NCBI GenBank assembly: GCA_035550795.1
Contig: DASZOL010000068.1
Location: forward strand, 16,202-80,201
Reading direction: 5' to 3'
From: Candidatus Methylomirabilota bacterium
GTDB lineage: Bacteria > Methylomirabilota > Methylomirabilia > Rokubacteriales > DASRDR01
Length of the DNA: 64,000 nt
The notes under the pieces were generated by a model, which had not been told where the DNA came from, searched no databases, and worked only from the letters and a program-made list of their open reading frames with translations. Shown here one piece after another: positions 47,409 through 56,975 of the stretch (position 1 is the first letter of the stretch; each line of letters begins with the position of its first letter). The translations under genes and the position numbers were made by a program.

Positions 47409-48553
47409 GCGAAGCGGGGATCGGCGGCCGGCACCGGCGCCTCGGGCAGCCGGAGCTCCCGGCGCACGATGTTGGCCCCGAGAGCGATGGCCACGCACTT
47501 GTAGAAGGCGATCCGGCGCGCGAGCCCCTCGCGGCCGAAGCCGCAATCCGTCGAGATGATGAGCCGCTCGGGCGCCACGTACTCGAGGGCTTTCCGGATG
47601 AGGTTCGCCACGACGTCCGGCGGCTCGACGGCGGTCGAGGTGTGGCTGACGACGCCGATCGCGATCTTCTTGTCGCTCCGGTGCTTGCCGAGGAGGGGCA
47701 GATCCCGCCCGCCGGTCGAAGCGCACTCAAGCGTCAGCACGTCCGCGTCGGTGGCGAGCAGGTACGGAAGCGCGCGCTCGTAGGAGGGACGCTCCCAGTA
47801 GAGCGGCTGCTGGTTCGGGTTCCCCCAGCACGTGTGGAGCCACACCTCGGTCTCGACGCCGCGGATCTCCCGGTTGATCGCGTCCGTGAAAAACTGGAGC
47901 TCGGCGTCCGAGGCGCTGCCGTCGGCGGCGGCGCTGTGGTGGCGAGGCTCCTCGACCTGGATCACCCGGCAGCCGGCCGCGGCGACCTGGCGCAGCTCGG
48001 CGTTGAACGCGTCGGCGACGTCGAGGATCAGTTCCTTCTCCGAGGCATAGTGCCGGTTGACGAGCATCTTGGCGAGCGTCTGGGCACTGATCGCGCCGAA
48101 CTTCACCGGCCGGTCGGTGAACCGCTGGGCGGTCCGCCAGAGCGCGGCGTACTGGAGGGGACCGCCCTCGATCCGCTCGCCCACGACGGCCGGCTGGTAG
48201 GCCTCCATGACCTCGTAGAGGATGTGGCCCGGGCGGAGGGTCCAGCCGGCCGCCCGCGTCCGGTCCACGTGGCCAACGATCCCGGAGAGTCGCTCGATGG
48301 GATAGTAGAACCACGACCGCCCGCCCACGGTGAGGTCGAAGCGCGAGTCGCCGTCGGTGACGATGTCGAGGCCCGCGCGCACCTGCTCGCCGATGACGCA
48401 GCTCACGGCGTCGAGGTACTGCTCGCGAAAGACGCTGTCGCCCAGCGCTTCCTTGAAGGAGCGGCGTCGCAGCCCCTCGGTGAACCAGGCCGGCCGCGGA
48501 TAGGACCCGGTGATCGTGGTGGGGAGCACCAGGTCGCGGGTCGCGTTCAGCAC
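47405..48553 (-). CDS. cobalamin-independent methionine synthase family (MetE-like) protein
   Basis: Only the last 382 codons of the 1066-aa ORF look real (GTG 48553: VLNATRDLVLPTTITGSYPRP). LHTCWGN and STDCGFG motifs. Confidence 0.7.
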   Translation of the reverse strand: MLNATRDLVLPTTITGSYPRPAWFTEGLRRRSFKEALGDSVFREQYLDAVSCVIGEQVRAGLDIVTDGDSRFDLTVGGRSWFYYPIERLSGIVGHVDRTRAAGWTLRPGHILYEVMEAYQPAVVGERIEGGPLQYAALWRTAQRFTDRPVKFGAISAQTLAKMLVNRHYASEKELILDVADAFNAELRQVAAAGCRVIQVEEPRHHSAAADGSASDAELQFFTDAINREIRGVETEVWLHTCWGNPNQQPLYWERPSYERALPYLLATDADVLTLECASTGGRDLPLLGKHRSDKKIAIGVVSHTSTAVEPPDVVANLIRKALEYVAPERLIISTDCGFGREGLARRIAFYKCVAIALGANIVRRELRLPEAPVPAADPRFA

Positions 48554-48690
48554 GGCGGCTAGGCTATCACGTCGAGGGCTTCCGCGGGGCACGGGCCTGG
48601 TATAGAGTCGTGCCGCACGAGCCTGACGCAGGTCGCGGCGTCCCGCACGGAGCTGGGGGCCGTCAGAGCCCCCGGGCGCGGGACGCGCCA

Positions 48691-48774
48691 GCCGAGACGA
48701 CCAGAGGCCGCCGCGTCGCCCGCGCCGGCCGAGACGACCAGAGGCCGCCGCGTCGCCCGCGCCGGCCGAGACGA
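48691..48774. repeat. perfect 37-bp tandem duplication plus a 10-bp third start, in the 5' leader of the livJ-like gene
   Basis: GCCGAGACGACCAGAGGCCGCCGCGTCGCCCGCGCCG occurs at 48691-48727 and again at 48728-48764. GCCGAGACGA recurs at 48765-48774 and runs into the GAGGAGG Shine-Dalgarno and the ATG at 48788. Confidence 0.9.
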
Positions 48775-48787
48775 GAGGAGGCCCATC

Positions 48788-49996
48788 ATGACGCTCTCGA
48801 TCCGAACGCTCGGCATGCTCGCCGTCGCCCTGGGGCTCGCCTTGGCGACGCCCGTCGCCGCGGTGGCTGCGCCGACCGGGCCGCCGGTTCGCATCGGGAG
48901 CTCGCTGGCCCTCACGGGGCCCCTGGCGGCGACCGCGCTGGTGCACAAGATCACGGGTGAGATCTACGTCGATGAGCTGAACCGGAAGAACGGCCTGCTC
49001 GGGCGGCCGGTCGAGTGGGCCCTGCTCGACGACCAGTCCAAGCCCGACCTCGCGCGCACGCTCTACGAGCGCCTGGTCACGGTGGACAAGGTCGACCTCC
49101 TCATCGGGCCGTACGCCACCGGGTCGATCCTCTCGGCCATGGGAGTGGCACAGCGCTACGACAAGCTCCTGGTCCACCACACCTTCGGCATCCCGCATCT
49201 CGCGAAGTACGAGCGCCAGTTCCCCACCTGGGCGATCGGCCCGGAGCCCGGCCGCACCTTTCCGAACCTCCTGCTCGACGCGCTGGCCGCGTCGAGCAAG
49301 CCGCCGCAGACGATCGCGATCGTGACCGACAAGTTCCCGTCGGTGCACTTCATGTCGACTGGCGCCCGTGAGGCCGCGCAGAAGCGGGGCCTGCGCGAGG
49401 CCCTCTACCTCGAGTTCGAGTTCGGCACCCGCGACTTCGGGCCGATCGCCGCGCGGGTCAAGGACGCGAACCCGGACTTCCTGTGGGTCGGCGCGATCGG
49501 GCTCGACGGGAACCAACTGCTGGAGGCTCTCAAGAAGATCGACTACACGCCGAAGAGCCACTTCTACCTCTATCCCGCGCCGGGCCCGCTGGCCAAGGCG
49601 CCGGAGGGCAACGGTGCGCTCTCCACGACGGTGTTCGAGGAGCACCCCCCGTTCACGAACGGGCCCGCGGCAGCCGAGTTCGTCAAGCTGTTCCGCGCGC
49701 GTGCGACCACGGCCGGGCTGCCCTACACCGCCGTCGACGTCCAGGCGGCCGCGTCGTACACGGCCTGGCAGCTGCTCGAGGCGGCGGTGACCGCCACGAA
49801 GAGCCTGGACGACAAGGTGCTGGCCCAGTGGCTCAAGACGAACCGGGTCGACACCATCATCGGCAAGCTGCGCTTCGACGGACCCAACAACTACGGCGAC
49901 GACCTGTCGAAGGTGAAGCAGGTGCAGGACGGAAAATGGCTGGTCGTGTGGCCGAAGGAGTACGCGGCGCCGGGAGCCCAGCTGCTCATCCGGTGA
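48788..49996 (+). CDS. ABC transporter substrate-binding protein (LivJ/Peripla_BP_6-like)
   Basis: Signal peptide, then VRIGSSLALTGPLA...GLLGRPVEWALLDDQSKPD... typical of branched-chain/aromatic-acid binding proteins. Confidence 0.8.
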   Translation: MTLSIRTLGMLAVALGLALATPVAAVAAPTGPPVRIGSSLALTGPLAATALVHKITGEIYVDELNRKNGLLGRPVEWALLDDQSKPDLARTLYERLVTVDKVDLLIGPYATGSILSAMGVAQRYDKLLVHHTFGIPHLAKYERQFPTWAIGPEPGRTFPNLLLDALAASSKPPQTIAIVTDKFPSVHFMSTGAREAAQKRGLREALYLEFEFGTRDFGPIAARVKDANPDFLWVGAIGLDGNQLLEALKKIDYTPKSHFYLYPAPGPLAKAPEGNGALSTTVFEEHPPFTNGPAAAEFVKLFRARATTAGLPYTAVDVQAAASYTAWQLLEAAVTATKSLDDKVLAQWLKTNRVDTIIGKLRFDGPNNYGDDLSKVKQVQDGKWLVVWPKEYAAPGAQLLIR

Positions 49997-50047
49997 CGAG
50001 CTCGATGCCCGCCGCGCCGGGTCGTCCGGTCTAGCCGGCGGCCGCGT

Positions 50048-50899
50048 GTGCCGAGCTTCACGCTCCTCGCGCAGTCGGTTCTCTCCGGGATCTTCGTCGG
50101 CGGGCTGTACGGCCTCCTCGGCCTCGGGCTCAGCCTGTCCTGGGGTCTCCTCCGCCTCATCAACCTCGCTCACTTCGCCCTCGCGTTTCTCGGCGCCTAC
50201 CTGACGTACACGCTCTCGACGGCGTTCGAGCTCGATCCCTTCTGGTGTCTCGCGCTCGTGCCGCCCGCGTTCTTCGGGATCGGGGTCCTCAGCCAGCTCG
50301 TCTTCGTCCGGTTCCGCGTGACCCAGTTCGGGTCGCTCCTCGTCACGTTCGGGCTGACCGTCATGATCGAGAGCCTGATCCAGTGGATCTGGACCGCTGA
50401 CTACCGGCGTCTCGAGACCGTCTACGGCACCGCCTCGTGGCGCGTCGGCCCCCTCTTCGTTCCCGTTGCAGAGCTGCTCGCCCTCCTGACCGCCGCGGCC
50501 CTGGCCGGCCTCACGTGGGCCTGGCTTCGCTACACCTGGGTGGGCAAGGGGCTCCGGGCCTGCGCGGAGGACCCGCACATCGCCGCGGCGTTCGGCGTGA
50601 ACCACCGCCGCCTGGCGCTGGTGCTCTCGGGTCTCAGCGCCGCGTTCGCGGGCGTGGCCGGCGCCTTCGTCGCACTCATCTACACGCTGGCGCCGGCTCA
50701 GATCTACGCGTGGATCGGGGTCGTCTTCGCCGCAGTGATCCTGGGCGGGCTCGGCAACCCCCTGGGCCCGTTGGTGGCGGGGGTCGTGATCGGCGTCAGC
50801 GAGGCGTTGACCATGGCGCTGACCGCCCCCGCCTGGGCCCCGCTCGTCTCGTTCACGCTGCTGATCCTGGTGCTCCTGCTGCGCCCGGGGCGCGTGTAG
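50048..50899 (+). CDS. branched-chain amino acid-type ABC permease (LivH-like)
   Basis: LSGIFVGGLYGLLGLGLSL...INLAHFA N-terminus and 283 aa of polytopic sequence. Confidence 0.8.
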   Translation: MPSFTLLAQSVLSGIFVGGLYGLLGLGLSLSWGLLRLINLAHFALAFLGAYLTYTLSTAFELDPFWCLALVPPAFFGIGVLSQLVFVRFRVTQFGSLLVTFGLTVMIESLIQWIWTADYRRLETVYGTASWRVGPLFVPVAELLALLTAAALAGLTWAWLRYTWVGKGLRACAEDPHIAAAFGVNHRRLALVLSGLSAAFAGVAGAFVALIYTLAPAQIYAWIGVVFAAVILGGLGNPLGPLVAGVVIGVSEALTMALTAPAWAPLVSFTLLILVLLLRPGRV

Positions 50900-50900
50900 G

Positions 50901-52640
50901 GTGCGTCGTCTCGCCGCGCCCGCGGCCTTCCTCGCGGTGGGTCTCGGGCTCCTCGTCCCGGCCGCCGCGACGCTGCCCGCGTTCTACGAGTCGTTCCTCT
51001 ACCTCGTTCTTCACTGGGTGGCGCTGGCGACCAGCTGGAGCATCCTGAGCGGGTTCTCCGGGTACTTCAGCTTCGGTCACGGCGCGTTTTTCGGGGCGGG
51101 GATGTACGCGACGGCGATGCTGGCGACCGGGGGACTTCCGTTCCTGCCGACCTTGCCGCTGGCCGGGCTGGCGGCCGCCGCGTTCGGGGTGGCGATGGGA
51201 GCGGTGGTCTTCCGGGTACCGCGACTCCGCGGCGAGCTGTTCGCGCTGCTCACGCTCGCCGTGACGTTCGTGCTCGCCACGGTCGTGCTCAACACGCGCA
51301 TCGACGGCGGCCCCGGCGTTTACCTGAGCGCGGTGCCGCTCCCGCGGCTCGGCGGCTCGGCGACCGGCACCCTCTACGTCCTCGGGCTCGCGGTCGCGCT
51401 CCTGACGGTCGCGACCGCCTACGCCGTCTACCACGCGCGCTGGGGCGCCGGACTCTTCGCCATTCACGACGACGAGGACGTGGCCGAGGTGCTCGGCGTG
51501 CCCACCTATCGCTACAAGCTCCTCGCGCTCGGCCTTTCCTCGGGCCTGGCCGGCGTCGCGGGAGGCATTCACGCGATGTTCGTGACCTACGTCACGGTGG
51601 CCGAGACGTTCTCCATCGTCGTGCCCCTCTACGTCATTCTGATGAGCGTGGTCGGCGGGGCCCGGCACTGGCTCGGTCCGGCGCTCGGCGCGGTGCTCGT
51701 CACGGTCCTGATGTACGGGGTCACCGGAGGCCAGACGGCGGTCGCCGGGCGCGCGGTGGTGGGCCTCACCCTCATGCTCGTGATCCTGTTCCTGCCCGAG
51801 GGGATCACCGGCTTCATGGTGCGGCGGCGCTCGAACCGGCCGGGCGCGCCCGCCCCCCGCCCGGTGTCCCCTCGGCCGGCGGTCGCACAGAGGCGTCCGT
51901 CGGACACAGGAGGCCCGCCGCTCCTCGTCTGCAGCGACGTCCGGAAGGCCTTTCGCGGCATCCAGGCGCTGCGCGGGGTGAGCCTCGAGGTCCGGGAAGG
52001 GGAGATCCTGGGCCTCGTCGGCCCGAACGGCTCCGGGAAGTCGACGCTGATCAACGTGGTCAGCGGCCATCACCGGGCGGACGGGGGCCGGGTCCTGGTC
52101 GGCGGTATGGACGTCACCGGCCGCGACGCCCACGAGATCGCGCGGCTCGGCGTCGCGCGAACGTACCAGATTCCTCGGCCTTTCGCCCACCTCACGCTCC
52201 GCGAGAACGTGGCCGTCGCGGGCATGTTCGGGCGCCTGGGCCACCGGCGGCGTACGGCCGAGCGCGAGGCGGGACGCTGGCTCGAGTTCGCGGGGCTCGC
52301 CGACCGCGCCGACCAGCTGCCCGCCGCCCTGAACCTCCACCAGCGGAAGTTTCTCGAGCTCGCTCGGGCCCTGGCCTCCGAGCCCCGGCTCGTCATGCTC
52401 GACGAGGTGCTCTCGGGCCTGACGCCCTCGGAGATGACCGATGCGACCCGGCTGGTCCGAGACATCCGGGACCGCGGGGCGACAGTCGTGTTCGTCGAGC
52501 ACATCATGCGAGCGGTGATGGAGCTCGCCGACCGCGTGGTCGTCCTTGACGTCGGCGAGCTCGTCACGAGCGGCGCGCCGCAGGACGTCATGCGGAATCC
52601 CGACGTCGTCCGGCGGTACCTGGGGACGGCGCATGCTTGA
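50901..52640 (+). CDS. fused LivM-like permease / LivG-like ATPase
   Basis: The N-terminal ~300 aa are polytopic (SGYFSFGHGAFFGAGMY). The C-terminal half carries Walker A GPNGSGKST and Walker B VMLDEV. Confidence 0.8.
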   Translation: MRRLAAPAAFLAVGLGLLVPAAATLPAFYESFLYLVLHWVALATSWSILSGFSGYFSFGHGAFFGAGMYATAMLATGGLPFLPTLPLAGLAAAAFGVAMGAVVFRVPRLRGELFALLTLAVTFVLATVVLNTRIDGGPGVYLSAVPLPRLGGSATGTLYVLGLAVALLTVATAYAVYHARWGAGLFAIHDDEDVAEVLGVPTYRYKLLALGLSSGLAGVAGGIHAMFVTYVTVAETFSIVVPLYVILMSVVGGARHWLGPALGAVLVTVLMYGVTGGQTAVAGRAVVGLTLMLVILFLPEGITGFMVRRRSNRPGAPAPRPVSPRPAVAQRRPSDTGGPPLLVCSDVRKAFRGIQALRGVSLEVREGEILGLVGPNGSGKSTLINVVSGHHRADGGRVLVGGMDVTGRDAHEIARLGVARTYQIPRPFAHLTLRENVAVAGMFGRLGHRRRTAEREAGRWLEFAGLADRADQLPAALNLHQRKFLELARALASEPRLVMLDEVLSGLTPSEMTDATRLVRDIRDRGATVVFVEHIMRAVMELADRVVVLDVGELVTSGAPQDVMRNPDVVRRYLGTAHA

Positions 52641-53346
52641 GGTCGAGGGCTTGCAGGTCGCGTACGGGGACGCCACCGCGCTCTGGGACGTCTCGCTCCA
52701 CGTGGGCGAGGGCGAGCTGGTGTCGGTGGTCGGACCCAACGGCAGCGGCAAGACCACGCTCATCAACACGATCGCGGGGCTGCTCCAGGCGCGCGCCGGC
52801 CGGCTCCGCTTCAGGGGTGGGGACCTGACCCGTGTTGCGCCGCATCAGGTCGCGAGCCGAGGCATCGCGATCGTGCCCGAGGGTCGCCGGCTCTTCACCG
52901 GCATGACGGTGGAGGAGAATCTCGAGCTCGGATGCTACACGCCCGGGCTCCGGGCGGGCCGAGCCGCCCGCCTCGAGCGCGTCTACGGGACCTTCCCGGT
53001 GCTCCGCGCGCGCCGCCGGCAAGCGGCGGGGACGCTTTCGGGCGGCGAGCAGCAAATGGTCGCGCTCGGCCGCGCGCTGATGGCCGGGCCGCGCCTGCTG
53101 CTCCTCGACGAGCCGTCCCTCGGACTGGCGCCGGCCGTCGTGGAGCACGTCTTCGACGTGGTCGAGGCCCTTCACCGGGAGGGCGTGGCGGTGCTCCTCG
53201 TCGAGCAGAACGTCAGGAAGGCGCTGGCCGTGGCGAGCCGGGCCTACGTCCTGGCGGAGGGCCGCGTCGTCTCGAGCGGGACGCCGGCCCTCCTCCTCGC
53301 CGAGCCTCAGATCCGGAGCGTCTACCTCGGCGACCCCGGGGGCTGA
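52633..53346 (+). CDS. LivF-like ABC ATP-binding protein
   Basis: MLEVEGLQVAYG, GPNGSGKTT, LSGGEQQM, LLLDEPS. It overlaps the previous gene by 8 nt. Confidence 0.85.
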   Translation: MLEVEGLQVAYGDATALWDVSLHVGEGELVSVVGPNGSGKTTLINTIAGLLQARAGRLRFRGGDLTRVAPHQVASRGIAIVPEGRRLFTGMTVEENLELGCYTPGLRAGRAARLERVYGTFPVLRARRRQAAGTLSGGEQQMVALGRALMAGPRLLLLDEPSLGLAPAVVEHVFDVVEALHREGVAVLLVEQNVRKALAVASRAYVLAEGRVVSSGTPALLLAEPQIRSVYLGDPGG

Positions 53347-53645
53347 TCGGACCGGGCGCCGGAGGCGACGCGCGTCGCAGCGCCACGGGAGCACGCCGGT
53401 GCCAGGAGGGACGCCTGGAGGCGCCGACGAAGGCGGCGAAAGAGCGATGCTTGTGGCACGTGTGGCCCGGGCGTCCCGGCCGGCCCCGACCTTGACACGT
53501 CCCGGGCGATCGGCCAGGCTTCCGGTATCGTTTCGGGCCGGCGTCGACCTGCCGCCGGAGGCTCGCCAACCCCGAGACCGACGGGCATGAGGCGCGCACT
53601 GATGCGAGCGACCGTTCCAGAGAGCGTGAGCGTCCGGACTCCGGA

Positions 53646-54581
53646 ATGACGGCGACGCTCGGCTTCGTGGGGCTCGGGGTGATGGGCGGTCGCATGGCGA
53701 AGCGGCTGCTCGACGCGGGCCATCCCGTCGTGGGGTACAACCGTACCCGGGCGAAGGCCCAGTGGCTGATCGACGCCGGGCTCAAGCCCGCAGCCTCCCC
53801 CCGCACGGCGGCGGCGGCCGCCGACGTGGTCTTCAGCATGGTAACCGACACGGCGGCGCTTGACGCGGTGGCACGGGGAGCCGACGGGCTCCTCGCCGGG
53901 CTGCGGCCAGGTGCGGTGTACGTGGAGATGAGCACGGTGGATCCGGGGCTGACGCGGGCCCTCGGGGTGGAGTCGGCGGCCGGGGGAGCAGCGATGCTCG
54001 ACGCGCCCGTCTCGGGGAGCGTCGCCACGCTCGACGCCGGACAGCTCTCATTCATGGTTGGCGGGGACGCGGCGGTTCTCGACCGGGTGCGGTTGTACCT
54101 CACCGCCATCGGCCCCACGATCACCCACGTCGGACCACTGGGGCTCGCCGTCACGATGAAAATCGCCGCCAACCTGGGGCTGGCCGTCCAGATGCTGGCC
54201 TTCAGCGAGGCGGTCTGTCTCGCGGAGAAGGCGGGGATTGCCCGCGAGCGCGCCGTCGAGGCGCTCCTCCGGAGCGTGATCGCGTCGCCCATGGTGAAGT
54301 ACCGCGGCCCGTTCGTCCTCGGCATGCCGGCGGAGGCGTGGTTCGACGTGAAGATGATGCAGAAGGACCTTCGGCTGGCCCTCGGCCTCGGGCGCTCGGT
54401 GGGCGTGACGCTGCCCAGCACCGCGCTCGCCCACGAGCTCCTGACGGCGGCCCGCGGGCTCGGGCTGGCCGATCACGACTTCGCGGTGGTATTCGACGTG
54501 CTGGCGGCGATGAGCGGCCTGCCGCCGAGCGCCAAGCCCGGCACCGCCCCGGCCGCCGTCGCCCGATCTGGAGGACCGTGA
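53646..54581 (+). CDS. NAD(P)-dependent beta-hydroxyacid dehydrogenase (3-hydroxyisobutyrate dehydrogenase family)
   Basis: LGFVGLGVMGGRMAKRL Rossmann motif, DAPVSGS, and a KDLRLAL motif. Confidence 0.8.
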   Translation: MTATLGFVGLGVMGGRMAKRLLDAGHPVVGYNRTRAKAQWLIDAGLKPAASPRTAAAAADVVFSMVTDTAALDAVARGADGLLAGLRPGAVYVEMSTVDPGLTRALGVESAAGGAAMLDAPVSGSVATLDAGQLSFMVGGDAAVLDRVRLYLTAIGPTITHVGPLGLAVTMKIAANLGLAVQMLAFSEAVCLAEKAGIARERAVEALLRSVIASPMVKYRGPFVLGMPAEAWFDVKMMQKDLRLALGLGRSVGVTLPSTALAHELLTAARGLGLADHDFAVVFDVLAAMSGLPPSAKPGTAPAAVARSGGP

Positions 54582-55897
54582 TGGGATTGCCGACCTACGG
54601 GACGATGGGCGTGGACTGGGAGGAGCGCGTCAACTTCGACCGCCTCCGCCACGACAGGCTCGCACGGGTGGCGGCGGCGCTGGCCGGGTCGGAACTGGGC
54701 GCGCTCCTCTGCTTCGACATGTACAACATCCGATATGTCACCAGCACCACCATCGGCGAGTGGGCGCGCGACAAGCTCTCGCGCTTCACGCTCCTCCCCC
54801 GGGGCGACCTGCCGATCATGTGGGACTTCGGGTCGGCCGCGCGCCACCACCAGCTCTACTGCCCGTGGCTCGGTGAGCGCTCGCGCGCCGGCATCTCGCT
54901 CCTCCGGGGCGCGATGACCCCGGAGATGGGCCGGGCGGAGGACCTCGCGCGGAAGGTCAAGGGCGAGCTGGAGGCACGGGGCCTGCACCGGGCGCCGCTC
55001 GGCGTCGACGTGATCGAGCTGCCCGTGCTGGCGGCGCTCCAGAAGGAGGGGCTCCAGGTCGTCGACGGCCAGCAGCTCATGCAGGCGGCGCGTCGCATCA
55101 AGACCCGCGACGAGATCGTCCTCCTCAACAGCGCGGCCATGATGGTGGATGCGGCCTACGAGGAGCTGTATCGGGCGCTGCGGCCCGGGATCCGCGAGAA
55201 CGAACTGGTCGGGATCGCCGCGAAGAAGCTTTACGACCTCGGGTCCGAGGACGTCGAGGCCGTCAACGCCATCGCGGGCGAGCGCTGCAACCCCCACCCG
55301 CACGTCTTCTCGGACCGGGTGCTGCGGCCGGGCGACCCCGCGTACTTCGACATCCTCCACTCGTACATGGGCTACCGGACGTGCTACTACCGGTCGTTCG
55401 CGGTGGGAAGCGCGTCGCCGGCCATGGTCGACGCCTACAAGCGCTGCCGGGAGCTGCTCGACGTCGCGATCTCGATGGTCAAGCCCGGTGTCACGACCGC
55501 CGACATCGTGGCCACGTGGCCGCGCGCGCGGGAGTTTGGCTTCCCCGACGAGGAGGCGTGCTTCGGCCTCCAGTACGGGCATGGCGTGGGACTCTCGATC
55601 TGGGAGCAGCCCGTCATGAGTCGCCTGGTCTCGCTCGACCACCCGGTGCCGCTCGAGCCCGGCATGGTCTTCGCCCTCGAGAACTTCTGGCCCGCAGCCG
55701 ACGGCTGGTCGGCGGCGCGGATCGAGGAGGAAGTCCTGGTCACCGAGACGGGCCACGAGGTGCTGACGCGCTTTCCCGCCGAGACCCTGCTGGTCGCCGG
55801 CACCCGATACTGGACCGCGACGGGGCCGCTGACCGGCACCCGCGAGGCGGATCCCAGGACGTGGCTCTCGCCGCACGGTGGCGGTCAGTCGTCCTGA
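54581..55897 (+). CDS. M24 family (creatinase/Xaa-Pro peptidase-like) metallohydrolase
   Basis: A creatinase-like N-domain followed by a pita-bread domain (IKTRDEIVLL..., YGHGVGLSIWE, EEEVLVTETG). GGAGGA lies 5 nt before the ATG. 1-nt overlap (TGATG) with the previous gene. Confidence 0.75.
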   Translation: MGLPTYGTMGVDWEERVNFDRLRHDRLARVAAALAGSELGALLCFDMYNIRYVTSTTIGEWARDKLSRFTLLPRGDLPIMWDFGSAARHHQLYCPWLGERSRAGISLLRGAMTPEMGRAEDLARKVKGELEARGLHRAPLGVDVIELPVLAALQKEGLQVVDGQQLMQAARRIKTRDEIVLLNSAAMMVDAAYEELYRALRPGIRENELVGIAAKKLYDLGSEDVEAVNAIAGERCNPHPHVFSDRVLRPGDPAYFDILHSYMGYRTCYYRSFAVGSASPAMVDAYKRCRELLDVAISMVKPGVTTADIVATWPRAREFGFPDEEACFGLQYGHGVGLSIWEQPVMSRLVSLDHPVPLEPGMVFALENFWPAADGWSAARIEEEVLVTETGHEVLTRFPAETLLVAGTRYWTATGPLTGTREADPRTWLSPHGGGQSS

Positions 55898-55913
55898 GCG
55901 CAATGGAGGAGTC

Positions 55914-56747
55914 ATGGCCGAGATCGTCGCCGCGGCGCTGACGTCCCACGCCCCGCTCATCACCGGCAAGCCCGAGATCGGGAAGCCCGAGCAGCGGGAC
56001 CGCCTGTATGCGGGCTTCCAGGAGGTCCGCCGGCGCCTCGTCTCCGCCCGCCCGGATCTGATCGTGATGTTCGTGAACGACCACATCCAGAACTTCCCGT
56101 ACAGCAACATGCCGGCCTTCTGTGTGGGCCTGGCGGGGAGCTACGAGGCCCCCAGCCCGGGCGGCGCGCGTCTGATGCGGCTCACCCCCCGCACGGTGCC
56201 GGGCGCGCCGGAGTGGGGCATGGCGCTTCTCGAGGGCGGGCTCGCCGCCGGCTTTGACTTCGCGTACTCCTACGAGATCGAGAGCTGGGACGAGCTGTCG
56301 GTGCCTCTGCACTTCCTCCTGCCGGAGGGCGACATCCCCATTGCGCCGGTCTACACCAACTGCGCGGCGCCGCCGCTCCCGACACTCAAGCGCTGTCACG
56401 ACGTGGGGGCGTTTGTGGGCAGCTTCGTCCATTCCCGGCCGACGTCGGAGCGCATCGCCGTGCTGGCCACCGGAGGCGTGTCGCACTGGGTGGGCATGCC
56501 GGAGACTGGCCGGATCAACCCGGAGTGGGACCAGTGGGTGCTGGACCACGTCGCCCGCGCCGACGTGGATGCGCTCCTCCGCCTCACCCCGGCGGAGATC
56601 GAGCGAGACGGCGGAAACGGGGGACAGGAGATCCGGAACTGGATCGCGCTGCTCGGGGCGGTGCCTGGCTGGAAGGGCGAGGTCCTCGCCTACGAGCCGG
56701 TCCCGGAGTGGATCACGGGGTGCGCGACCGTATGGTTGCACCGATGA
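55914..56747 (+). CDS. class III extradiol ring-cleavage dioxygenase, LigB-type catalytic subunit
   Basis: MAEIVAAALTSHAP...DLIVMFVNDHIQNF...VLATGGVSHW, typical of the protocatechuate 4,5-dioxygenase beta family. GGAGGA upstream of the ATG at 55914. Confidence 0.75.
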   Translation: MAEIVAAALTSHAPLITGKPEIGKPEQRDRLYAGFQEVRRRLVSARPDLIVMFVNDHIQNFPYSNMPAFCVGLAGSYEAPSPGGARLMRLTPRTVPGAPEWGMALLEGGLAAGFDFAYSYEIESWDELSVPLHFLLPEGDIPIAPVYTNCAAPPLPTLKRCHDVGAFVGSFVHSRPTSERIAVLATGGVSHWVGMPETGRINPEWDQWVLDHVARADVDALLRLTPAEIERDGGNGGQEIRNWIALLGAVPGWKGEVLAYEPVPEWITGCATVWLHR

Positions 56748-56962
56748 ACACGAGGACGTCGTACGGCCTCAACAAGCTCCTGACCGCTCTGGCCCGCCAG
56801 CACGCGACCCGGGAGCGGCTCACCGACGAGGAGCTCGCCGACCACGAGCTCAGCGCGGACGAGCGGGCAGCTCTCCGGGCCGGAGACATCACGGGTCTCT
56901 ACCATCTCGGCGCCAATCCCTACCTCATCCGCCGTGTCTTCCGCTCCCGCTTCAAGGTCTGA
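56744..56962 (+). CDS. LigA-type small subunit of aromatic ring-opening dioxygenase
   Basis: 72 aa with LSADERAALRAGDITGLYHLGANPYL, matching the LigA domain. ATGA overlap with the LigB-like gene at 56744-56747. Confidence 0.6.
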   Translation: MNTRTSYGLNKLLTALARQHATRERLTDEELADHELSADERAALRAGDITGLYHLGANPYLIRRVFRSRFKV

Positions 56963-56975
56963 CGGGGAGCGGCTC

